A stretch of DNA of 64,000 nt, from positions 64,001 through 128,000 of the IMG/VR virus record IMGVR_UViG_3300014204_000116; one strand, given 5' to 3'. Below are positions 1-8,411 of this stretch, piece by piece (within the stretch, counting starts at the first letter, position 1; each line of letters starts with the position of its first letter). The DNA comes from a virus (Duplodnaviria > Caudoviricetes). The notes below the pieces were generated by a model that saw nothing but the letters and a program-made list of their open reading frames with translations, was not told where the DNA came from and did no database searches. Position numbers and translations under genes: made by a program.

Positions 1-683
1 TGACTATTCGCACCTGCTGCTGCATCAGTGCCTGTCACGGCTAAGCTAAAAGCATCCCGCCCCCACATGTCTGCTGAATCTGCGGCTTGTGTGCCACTCC
101 AGGCCGTGGTTAAAGCCTGATCCGCTAGGGCATAAGCTTGATCGGCTGCGTTCGTACCGGCGACCGCTAAGCTAAAAGCATCCCGCCCCCACATGTCTGC
201 TGAATTTGCCGCAGTCGTGCCTGCTACGCCTAGATTGTAAGCTTGCTGCAACAGGGGCATGAATGCACCGACGGAGTTAGTGCCGGAAAGAGCCAAAGCT
301 TGGTTGGCGATAGCGAGCGCGGCAGCGGCAGCGTTTGTGCCAGTCTCAGCCAGGCTGTAAGCTTGATCAAATAGGCCGACCGAGTAGTTTGTACCATTCC
401 AGACGTCGAGCAACCAATCTCCAGCGTAGGCAGGATTGGCCACTGTCACATCAGCCTCAATTTGAACCAGGTGTGCCCAGGTCGTATATTCTGTTACATC
501 GAAAACGGTGGGAAGAGCAACATTTGTATTAGCTACCAGGGCGATCCAATTATGCCCCTGACTGTCGGTAGCGGCATCTCGGCTGACGTAAGCCGTGGAC
601 CCACTCCATGCGCCAGTAAAAGTGATAATGTCGCCACTAATTACTTTCCTGCCCGCCGAGGATATGTACGCATAGAGAGCCAT
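1..683 (-). CDS. Putative virion structural/fibre protein, runs off the left edge (MALYAYISSAGRKVISGDIITFTGAWSGSTAY...)
   Basis: Hand translation of the - strand is open from the ATG at 683 to base 1 (absent from the ORF track because it is incomplete). It is Ala/Thr-rich and contains SADMWGRDAFSLAV twice. GTATTTA lies 6 nt upstream. Confidence 0.75.
   Translation of the reverse strand, partial: MALYAYISSAGRKVISGDIITFTGAWSGSTAYVSRDAATDSQGHNWIALVANTNVALPTVFDVTEYTTWAHLVQIEADVTVANPAYAGDWLLDVWNGTNYSVGLFDQAYSLAETGTNAAAAALAIANQALALSGTNSVGAFMPLLQQAYNLGVAGTTAANSADMWGRDAFSLAVAGTNAADQAYALADQALTTAWSGTQAADSADMWGRDAFSLAVTGTDAAAGANS
40..205. repeat. 40-bp exact direct repeat (40-79 and 166-205), period 126 nt (42 aa)
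   Basis: gctaagctaaaagcatcccgcccccacatgtctgctgaat occurs twice, inside the - strand ORF. Confidence 0.9.
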
Positions 684-740
684 ATGGTTTAAATACGATG
701 GGAGCTGGATTAATCTGGGGTTTCATGCGCGGAGGCGCGG

Positions 741-747
741 GTAGTTA
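741..747 (+). promoter_or_regulatory. GTAGTTA element (candidate phage late promoter)
   Basis: 4 nt upstream of GTG 752; the same element precedes other structural/cargo-like genes. Confidence 0.55.
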
Positions 748-751
748 GTAC

Positions 752-1096
752 GTGATCGCGCGATACGTTGTTGAAGTTCTGCTTGAAGAACAGCCCAATT
801 TTAAACGGGCTGATCAGGTGTTTAACGGCGAAATACCGTTTGGGTTCATAGGGGTTGTAGACAATGGCCATGTCCGAGCATCTGTGGGTGGGCTTGAATA
901 CGTGGATCACTCTGAGCTGGGGTATACGCAGGAGACGGGCCGATGGCGCTTCGCGACCAATAGGCGTATCCCGGTTGTACTCTGGACAACTCCACCGACG
1001 ATGGCGCAGATATTCGAGGTCGAGGAGTGGCTAAAGAAGAAGGGCTACGAGGTAGCCAGTCATACACAAGATTTCAACAAATGGCGCGGCTTTTGA
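752..1096 (+). CDS. Small putative head-associated protein
   Basis: N-terminus MIARYVVEVLLEE carries the shared VVxxLLxE motif; GTAGTTA upstream. Confidence 0.7.
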   Translation: MIARYVVEVLLEEQPNFKRADQVFNGEIPFGFIGVVDNGHVRASVGGLEYVDHSELGYTQETGRWRFATNRRIPVVLWTTPPTMAQIFEVEEWLKKKGYEVASHTQDFNKWRGF

Positions 1097-1108
1097 GTTC
1101 TATACACT

Positions 1109-4100
1109 ATGCTCGATCCGAAGAAGAAGGTGGATAATTTGATAGGGCTGGTGAGTGGAACAAGTGCGTCCGCACAGCCTACCTCTTCGCTTTATCAGGC
1201 AATCCATGTGGAGCCGAGTAAAGAGCCCGGCTATGTGGTAACAGCTTCTCCTCTCCCTCCGAATGATCCATTGGCCTTCATAGGCTGTGTCGATACGGAT
1301 ACCCTGGGAACTAATCCCATCGTTGACAATGCAGATGGCAAGGCCTGGTATGTGGATTACTACCGCATGCTGGAAGCTTACATAAATTCTTCAGATTGGG
1401 CACTGGCTGATGGAAAGAACTGGCGCGCTCTGGCTGCTACTCCAAGGGCTTTACAGTCCATGTTTTCTTCACCCCGGCAGGCAGCTATGGCTTCTCTGGG
1501 TGAGCCCATGGTTCAACGGCGCATCATCCGTTATGGCCTGGCTAATGAATCAGACTTGGCTGAGCGCATTGAAGATGCCGTATCGTGGGAACGGAGGCTG
1601 CATGTCATCTCGCAAGCACTGGCACGATCTGGATGGAAGCCAGGCAGGATAGGACTGCATGCCGGAACAGATACCGTATTCGCCATCGGAGAATGTGGCG
1701 GAGAAATCCCTAGCAAGGTTATGGCTATTGTCCATACAGCCTTAGGCGAAGCAGGCCTTGTGACTGAGGATCTCCGCGTAGCCCGGCGAGGGACATCTTC
1801 TGGCGGTCCATGGCAGGCCAGCTTTAGTCTGTTACATGAGGAGGATGATGACTTTGAAGATATCCGCCCCGAGGATATCGCTACTCCGGCCATCGAGCAG
1901 CATCCAGGCATGAAGTCTGCCAACTTAGCGCATTCAATTGCACGTTCATTAAAGACTCGCGTACCGGCATTCTCATCTCTCACCCTGGATACAACGTCGT
2001 TTATTCGGGATAAAAGAGGATGGCCGATGCTAAGGTTCTTTGTGTCAGTATGGGAAAAGTGGCCGATGTGGGGATCTGATGTCAAACCAGGAGAGTCTCC
2101 GGTTGTGACTTACTATAGCACAGAGGACATTATCAAAGCCATAAAAGATACATGCGCTGAACTTGGGCTAGTGATGTATCCATATCCTCATCAGGATGTC
2201 CAGGTAATAGATGGCATCTCTATAGAGAAGCATGTGCATCATTACTCAATTGTGTTCCTAACCCATGGAGTTGAGTATCTATCCAAGTCCCCTCTTTACC
2301 AAATTGGAGAGTCTAAGTCTCCGGTTAAAGATACCGAGGGATCACTGGATCATCAGTATCTCAGTAAAGTTAGGGATGTCCTCGAAAAAGATGCAAGCTG
2401 GAAGATGTTGATCGCATCGGTTCGCCCTACAGAGTATCCCCTCAAAGAGAGTATCCTGATTCGTGCAACTCTTAAACCTCGCTATCCCATGTGCGAAAGA
2501 GAGGCATCAGAATGCGTAGAGTCTATCCTTAAAGATGCGAATCTTTGCCCAAAAGTTATCTTTTGCCGTATGCAGGAGGATGGCAACTACGGTGTGTCCT
2601 GGAGGATGAAGTCACATGATCACGATAAAGATCGCCGGGAGATTATCATCTGTGAGTCTGGGATAAATCCCGCCGATGCTCCTCTGCTGCAAGATGACCA
2701 GGATGCGCTGGGAGACCTATCCAAGTTTAAGCGCCTTGTTGGGATGGTTATGTCCAATGCTCCACGGGATATGGAACTTTCGCAGGCTACGAGCAGGCCT
2801 ACATGTGATCTGAGCCGAGCATCTGAGTTTACGGCCCGGATTGAAACTCAGCATGTGGACGTGACATCCATCAGCCGTTTCATCCTGGACTCCATGGACA
2901 TGCTGAACATGCACCCGGTGCATGCACCCAATCCATTCTCAAGTATCTCCTACAACGGGTATCAAGTATCTGTGCGCATCCCTTACACCCGAGATGCGAT
3001 GGCTCGAAAAACTTTAAGATACGATGCGGATAACGGGGCATCTATCGATGATAAGTTTCAAGTCTCCGAGGCAGATGAGTCTGGCTTAGATCCTTCAGAT
3101 GTAGAATGGGCTCGGCATACGCTATCGAAGGTTGATCCGTGGTGGAATGATCGGCGAAGGGTATTAGACATTTCGACTGAGTTGCATAATGCGGGATTTG
3201 ATGGAGATGTTACACTCTTTGTCCAGCCCAGGGAATACAGCGCCAGATCCTATACCCCATTGTTTGGAACTTTTATCGTTCATCTAAGGGCGCTTAATCC
3301 CGAGGAGGTAAAGGATCGGAAGGATGTATGTGCCAGGGTGAATTCCATATTTCAAAAGTTCTTCGACATCGACATCCAGCCCTACAGCATACGGGAGCAG
3401 TACGAGGGCAAGTGGAAGCACTCCTCACGGGAGGATAGGCGTTCCCACATAGGATGGTATACTATCTTGATCGGCAGTGTAACTCTTCGTAACACTCCCA
3501 AGAAGGGAAGTTTTTCTCCTGAAACCATCACCATCGCCATTGGTGAGTCCGAAGATATACAACCCTCCGAGTTATGGAGATCTTTCACTTGGGGATGGAA
3601 AGTAAAGCATGTAGAATCAGGCCCCATGTGGTATAATCGGGGATTCTATGTCTATAGAGGCGCTTACTGGACTCCTTACGTTGATAGTGTCTACTACGGC
3701 CCGTCTGCAATTGGCATCCAGCGCTTTATCAATTACATGGAATGGCTGGAAGCTACTTGGCAGCCGGTGGGTAAGGAAGCCCCTTATGACTGGCTTGTGC
3801 GGGCATCCAAATTGAAGAAAAGGGAGGAGTTCGAGCGGCTGAATCCTCCGAAGGCTGAAGATATCCTGGGAGAGAGTGCTGAAATAGATCCGGCTGATCT
3901 GTGGAAATCTCATATCGCCGGATGGAGAATAAAGCAGGCATCCTCCGAGGAGAGTAGTGTAGCGCTAACGGGATACTACATCTACAAGGGAGATTCCTTT
4001 AAAGACTCTGTCGGAAGTAGGCTGCGCTGGGGAAATGATCCAAAGGGCATAGAGCGCGCGGCCCATTACATGAACTGGCTGGAACGGGAATGGGAGCCCT

Positions 4101-5227
4101 ATGTCTATGGTGAATATATCCGTGTAAGCGACTGGCTGGATATAGCAAGAGTCAAAGGCAAGGAAAAGGAGTACGTTAAACTCTTTCCCGAGGCTGCCAC
4201 GCCCGATCCGATGCAAGAGGATACCCCCGAAGAAAAGATAGATCCCTGGGAGTTGCTCTACTACACAGATCCCAGTGTGCAAGAGCGCGCGATGCTGTCG
4301 AGCCTGGCTGCCAAGATAAAGTCGATGGGCTACACGGGCGGGCTAAGCTCGGACATGATCGGGAGTGGTGGAGTAGTAGAACTCTACCTGCACACAGGCG
4401 TCTACTGGGATAAGGTCAATTATCCCGACATTGCAAAGCAAGAGGATGCCCTCCTTAAAGAACGTGCAGAAGGATTGAATAAAGCCGTAGTGGATCTTCT
4501 GAGAAAGTATCGCTACGAAGTGGATACTCTTACTGCCACTCAAGGCCACGACTTCAACTGGGCCACCGACAATCTTGTCAAAACCGGATGGGGCACCGAT
4601 CTATACGCCCCTAAAGAGGATAACGACTCATACATCGAGATTATACTAACGGGATACGTCCTATTCAGACGTCCCGATTACCGAGGGCCGTACAGCGCCA
4701 AAAGCTTCCGGTCTAAGGATAAGAAGATGACCATCACGATCCCCGAGGCCCTGGAAAACCATCCCCTCGACCTGACAATAGAAAGTATGATCCAGGACAA
4801 CTCCAACGAAGAGATGGGCGTAGACATGAGAGATATCTACAACCAAGCCTTCAGCCAAAGCCTGGCCGCAACCAAAGCCCCTCTCAAGAAGATGGCCGAC
4901 CATCTCAAAGGACTAGGATATACCGGCACCATCCGAATAGTTCCCTCCCTATTCGATAGGCCCAACAATCTGCATACGTTCATCCTCATCCCCAAAAACG
5001 TAGCCCCCAGTATGACGCCAATCATACAGAGCGAGGAAGATGTTGATGCCGCAATAGAAGCAGCAGGTTACCAGGACTACGCCAAGAAAGAAGCCCCAGG
5101 CAATAAGTATTACACCATCTTCGATAGTTACTCCTATGCCCGCAAAGGTGTAGAGGCCCTCTACCTCAAAGCACAATTACCTATCCTGGGGCCTAGACCT
5201 CTCTATACCGTGGAATACTCCTTCTGA
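1109..5227 (+). CDS. Large modular protein (1372 aa), putative protease-processed head polyprotein
   Basis: Recurrent acidic module heads (IGESEDIQPSELW, LGESAEIDPADLW, DESGLDPSDVEW, EEKIDPWELL, CESGINPAD); tandem duplicated module at ~3540-4190. Confidence 0.75.
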   Translation: MLDPKKKVDNLIGLVSGTSASAQPTSSLYQAIHVEPSKEPGYVVTASPLPPNDPLAFIGCVDTDTLGTNPIVDNADGKAWYVDYYRMLEAYINSSDWALADGKNWRALAATPRALQSMFSSPRQAAMASLGEPMVQRRIIRYGLANESDLAERIEDAVSWERRLHVISQALARSGWKPGRIGLHAGTDTVFAIGECGGEIPSKVMAIVHTALGEAGLVTEDLRVARRGTSSGGPWQASFSLLHEEDDDFEDIRPEDIATPAIEQHPGMKSANLAHSIARSLKTRVPAFSSLTLDTTSFIRDKRGWPMLRFFVSVWEKWPMWGSDVKPGESPVVTYYSTEDIIKAIKDTCAELGLVMYPYPHQDVQVIDGISIEKHVHHYSIVFLTHGVEYLSKSPLYQIGESKSPVKDTEGSLDHQYLSKVRDVLEKDASWKMLIASVRPTEYPLKESILIRATLKPRYPMCEREASECVESILKDANLCPKVIFCRMQEDGNYGVSWRMKSHDHDKDRREIIICESGINPADAPLLQDDQDALGDLSKFKRLVGMVMSNAPRDMELSQATSRPTCDLSRASEFTARIETQHVDVTSISRFILDSMDMLNMHPVHAPNPFSSISYNGYQVSVRIPYTRDAMARKTLRYDADNGASIDDKFQVSEADESGLDPSDVEWARHTLSKVDPWWNDRRRVLDISTELHNAGFDGDVTLFVQPREYSARSYTPLFGTFIVHLRALNPEEVKDRKDVCARVNSIFQKFFDIDIQPYSIREQYEGKWKHSSREDRRSHIGWYTILIGSVTLRNTPKKGSFSPETITIAIGESEDIQPSELWRSFTWGWKVKHVESGPMWYNRGFYVYRGAYWTPYVDSVYYGPSAIGIQRFINYMEWLEATWQPVGKEAPYDWLVRASKLKKREEFERLNPPKAEDILGESAEIDPADLWKSHIAGWRIKQASSEESSVALTGYYIYKGDSFKDSVGSRLRWGNDPKGIERAAHYMNWLEREWEPYVYGEYIRVSDWLDIARVKGKEKEYVKLFPEAATPDPMQEDTPEEKIDPWELLYYTDPSVQERAMLSSLAAKIKSMGYTGGLSSDMIGSGGVVELYLHTGVYWDKVNYPDIAKQEDALLKERAEGLNKAVVDLLRKYRYEVDTLTATQGHDFNWATDNLVKTGWGTDLYAPKEDNDSYIEIILTGYVLFRRPDYRGPYSAKSFRSKDKKMTITIPEALENHPLDLTIESMIQDNSNEEMGVDMRDIYNQAFSQSLAATKAPLKKMADHLKGLGYTGTIRIVPSLFDRPNNLHTFILIPKNVAPSMTPIIQSEEDVDAAIEAAGYQDYAKKEAPGNKYYTIFDSYSYARKGVEALYLKAQLPILGPRPLYTVEYSF

Positions 5228-5544
5228 AGAAGAACAGGGGATAGCACATTCCCGAACGGTATCATCCAGGATCTATTCCTGCACATATTCCCCTATAAGC
5301 CCCGAGCGGGAATACCTACACCGCTATTAGCCTAATGCAGACGTAATCACCCAGTGTTTATGTGGGTGACCTCGATCCTTTTCTATCAAATACGCTGGCA
5401 AACTAATTTGCGAATCTATAATTTACGTGAGCAAAAAGTGACGTTGAGCCCCTTGACAGAAGGGTATTTTAGCAGTTTACTCTTCTCTAAAGAGAAGAGT
5501 ATGTGGAGAGGAGCGGGTGATTATCAGCCCCTATCTTACCGCCA

Positions 5545-5583
5545 ATTGACCGCCAATTGACTGCTTATTGACCATGTATTGAC
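5545..5583. repeat. Four ATTGAC copies at 11-bp spacing in a ~530-bp intergenic region
   Basis: ATTGAC at 5545, 5556, 5567 and 5578; the first two lie in an exact accgccaattg tandem. Confidence 0.8.
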
Positions 5584-5729
5584 CGTGGTATCATCCCGCG
5601 TATCCTCCATTTGTGCCATTTTGCTGGGCATTTCGCATCTTTTGAACATCCCAAGAAGAGGTCTAGGGGAGAGATGCCAGGATGCGTAAACCCTTGTAAA
5701 TAGGGGGAGCGTCATGAAATTCTGTGGTG

Positions 5730-5758
5730 TTGACATTGGGGCCAAAAGCTGCTAATGT
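5730..5758 (+). promoter_or_regulatory. Sigma70-type promoter TTGACA-N17-TAATGT with extended -10 TG
   Basis: Consensus -35, 17-nt spacer, ATG 5767 8 nt downstream. Confidence 0.65.
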
Positions 5759-5766
5759 GGCTGCCT

Positions 5767-6369
5767 ATGAGAATGGCCATCGTATCCGCCAATCGCCGAA
5801 GCATTCAATTCTCGAATAAGCCCTTCAAAGGTGCGCGCAAGATCCAGCTTATCCACAGAACGCCGGACTCCATTGACTCCATAATGCAAAGTCCTGGTTG
5901 GCCTGGCCTCCGGGCCTACATGTCCGTCTGTAATGCGTGCTGGTCGGATCTTCTATACATCATGGGTCGGAGCGGGCTCGTCCTGTTCTGGAAATACGGT
6001 GTGGCCGGGAAGACGGGGTATGGAGCGCGCGAGCGGAGGCCCAAGTTCCCACGCAAGATGTTTAATGGCGGATTCCTGGCCATGCACACAGATCTCACAG
6101 GGGATTTCTGCATACCCATCTACCAGCATTTCCATTGCAAGGAGAGAACGGATAGCGAACGACCTCAGAAGACTGGCTCATATTACTACTTGTCATACGA
6201 CATCAAGCTAAACCCCAAAGTGTGCAAGACACCCAGGGAGAAACACGCTGCTCGGGAAAGAGGACATGCTGTTATTGATCTCCTGTGCGCGGATCATCCT
6301 AGAGTCGGGCCGTGGCTCAAGAAACATCCTGGAAAGCATGCTCATCAGTGGTTGCAGGAGAACTTTTAA
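5767..6369 (+). CDS. Hypothetical protein
   Basis: Basic ORF directly after the promoter; start placed at the second in-frame ATG. Confidence 0.6.
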   Translation: MRMAIVSANRRSIQFSNKPFKGARKIQLIHRTPDSIDSIMQSPGWPGLRAYMSVCNACWSDLLYIMGRSGLVLFWKYGVAGKTGYGARERRPKFPRKMFNGGFLAMHTDLTGDFCIPIYQHFHCKERTDSERPQKTGSYYYLSYDIKLNPKVCKTPREKHAARERGHAVIDLLCADHPRVGPWLKKHPGKHAHQWLQENF

Positions 6370-6378
6370 ATCACGGGC

Positions 6379-6407
6379 TTGACAACACACAACAAATAGT
6401 CCATCAT
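6379..6407 (+). promoter_or_regulatory. Sigma70-type promoter TTGACA-N17-CATCAT
   Basis: Perfect -35, 17-nt spacer, ATG 6417 9 nt downstream. Confidence 0.5.
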
Positions 6408-6416
6408 CCGAATGCT

Positions 6417-7370
6417 ATGGCAATGCTTCCCTCTATCCGCGCGTCTCTTCACTACGAAGACATCAACCTGATTCCCCAGCTAAAGCCGGGTGTCGTCCTC
6501 GATGCGAAGGTGCAGAACGAGATGTCTCGCGTCATCGTGCCTCCTATGGAGTCCATCGTTGGGGAGACATTTGCGGTGAGGGCGTTGCAACTGGGGCTGT
6601 CTGTTTGCCTGCCTCGCTTCAGATCTGTGGATGAGCAGAAGCAGATCTTTTGTGCCGTCAAGAAGCAAGTTTCGGAGGACGTGTTCTCGCGCAACCTGTA
6701 TGTGGCAGTCAAGGTCAACGACATGAAGCGTGTCCAGGCACTAGGGCATCACAAGATAATTGTAGACGATTTGAATGGTTATGCCGCCGAGGCCATTCAG
6801 TTTGCGCGCACCCTGGTGGAAGAGGGCAAGTCTGTGATCACGGCCAACGTATGCACCCAGGAAGGGATATTAGCCTATCCGGTTGGAGCAGATGTCAGGG
6901 TCGGGATAGGCTTGGGGTCCACCAGCAATTCTGCCGTGTTTAACGGGGTCACCAGGGGCGCAGTTACATCCATACTCGATTGCGCTGATAGAGGCGAAGG
7001 TCGGCGCATTATTGCAGACGGAGGCATCAAAAACCCCGCCTGCGCGGCCAAGGCTTTTGGATTGGGGGCCAACTATGTGATGATGGGCTACTATTTCAAG
7101 AGAGCCTTTTCGGCCCAGAACGTCCTCGACCAGAATTATGATTACCACGGCATCGAAAGTGCTTCGCAGCATTTTAAGACAATGGGCAGCATAGAGCTGC
7201 CGACCGAGGGATACACCATCCATTACGACAAGGGCGATGTCTGCAATATACGTACCCTGGTGGAAGATCTCTGCTACGGACTTTCCAGCGCGGTCAACTA
7301 CAGTGGGTTTAACACCCTTCACGGTTTCATCGGCAACGGCGCGTTCGAGATCAATCACCCAAGAGAATGA
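6417..7370 (+). CDS. GMP reductase/IMP dehydrogenase-like protein, catalytic Cys apparently lost
   Basis: Family motifs LHYEDINLIP, RVGIGLGS, IIADGGIK, AKAFGLGANYVMMG and GLSSAVNYSG; the active-site loop reads GSTSNS rather than GSxCxT. Confidence 0.8.
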   Translation: MAMLPSIRASLHYEDINLIPQLKPGVVLDAKVQNEMSRVIVPPMESIVGETFAVRALQLGLSVCLPRFRSVDEQKQIFCAVKKQVSEDVFSRNLYVAVKVNDMKRVQALGHHKIIVDDLNGYAAEAIQFARTLVEEGKSVITANVCTQEGILAYPVGADVRVGIGLGSTSNSAVFNGVTRGAVTSILDCADRGEGRRIIADGGIKNPACAAKAFGLGANYVMMGYYFKRAFSAQNVLDQNYDYHGIESASQHFKTMGSIELPTEGYTIHYDKGDVCNIRTLVEDLCYGLSSAVNYSGFNTLHGFIGNGAFEINHPRE

Positions 7371-7497
7371 GACCACCTTCCATCCATGGCCCGCAATACC
7401 TGGCTATCACAATCCTGCTTTATTGCATCGCATTTCGAGTAGCGGTAGCCGGGGTATACATTCTGATGCGGATTATCAAGGAGTGGAGGAACAAAAT

Positions 7498-7962
7498 ATG
7501 AATGATTCAAAAGATGCAAAGACTCAAGAACCGACGCGCTACGTGCTCGGGCTGATGTGGCGGAGCGACAATATTTCCCTCGTTGTGATACGAAAGAAAA
7601 AGCCCGCATGGCAGGCAGGCCTGCTAAACGGCGTGGGCGGAAAGATTGAGCCCGGCGAAACCGAGCTGGAAGCCATGATCCGCGAGTTCAAGGAGGAGAC
7701 CGGTGTAGACACGGCGCACGTAGGATGGCGGAAGTTTTGCGAGATGCACGGCGAGGGATACATGGTATCCTGCTTTACAGCGAAAAACGCCGAGGCCTGG
7801 CATAAGGCAAGGTTCACTGAATACGAGGCTGTCGAGAAGCGCAATCGGATGTGGCTGGTCTGGGAGGAGTGCGTTCCCCATCTGCTGACGCTTATCGATC
7901 TCTCCCTGGACAAAACAATACCGGAAGGTTCCTTTGCCACCCTTCATTTCCCACGGCACTAA
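7498..7962 (+). CDS. Nudix hydrolase
   Basis: Nudix box GGKIEPGETELEAMIREFKEETG. Confidence 0.9.
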   Translation: MNDSKDAKTQEPTRYVLGLMWRSDNISLVVIRKKKPAWQAGLLNGVGGKIEPGETELEAMIREFKEETGVDTAHVGWRKFCEMHGEGYMVSCFTAKNAEAWHKARFTEYEAVEKRNRMWLVWEECVPHLLTLIDLSLDKTIPEGSFATLHFPRH

Positions 7963-7977
7963 AACCCACCTACACCT

Positions 7978-8226
7978 ATGTTCAAGTATATCCTCTTCGA
8001 AGACGAGCAATCCCTCCCCCACCTGCGCATCTTCGATTTCCTCTCCGAGAGCCACGCCGATGTAAAGAATTCGGCCCCTCCGGGGTGGCATGTCGTCGGG
8101 GCCGGGGAGTTTCATTGCGAATCCATGTCCCTTATCCGTGGATCTGTAACACTCAATATGGCGCACACTAAAGAGGGGTGTATCGACGACACCAAGCTGG
8201 CCAATCAACTCTATAACGCGGCATGA
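7978..8226 (+). CDS. Hypothetical protein
   Basis: Compact ORF in the same direction as its neighbours. Confidence 0.55.
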   Translation: MFKYILFEDEQSLPHLRIFDFLSESHADVKNSAPPGWHVVGAGEFHCESMSLIRGSVTLNMAHTKEGCIDDTKLANQLYNAA

Positions 8227-8411
8227 AGAATCGAATGAGACATCGAATGCACCGCTACCTCGAAAGTCTCTGCGCTGAGCACTGCCGCCTGGAGCCAAAT
8301 GCCAGACGGCTCCCGAACTGGCTGTTTAAAGTCGTTAGCTTTCTGGAGCACAGGCTCCGCCCCAAGCCCTACAAGTCTTACGCTGCGCACAAATAAACTC
8401 CCCTACAACAC

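Noticed and set aside
335-692. + strand ORFs 335-532 and 462-692
   Set aside because: They are antisense to the more convincing - strand gene starting at 683.
5354-5745. Short ORFs in the intergenic gap
   Set aside because: Atypical composition, no promoter or coupling support, and they overlap the repeat array.
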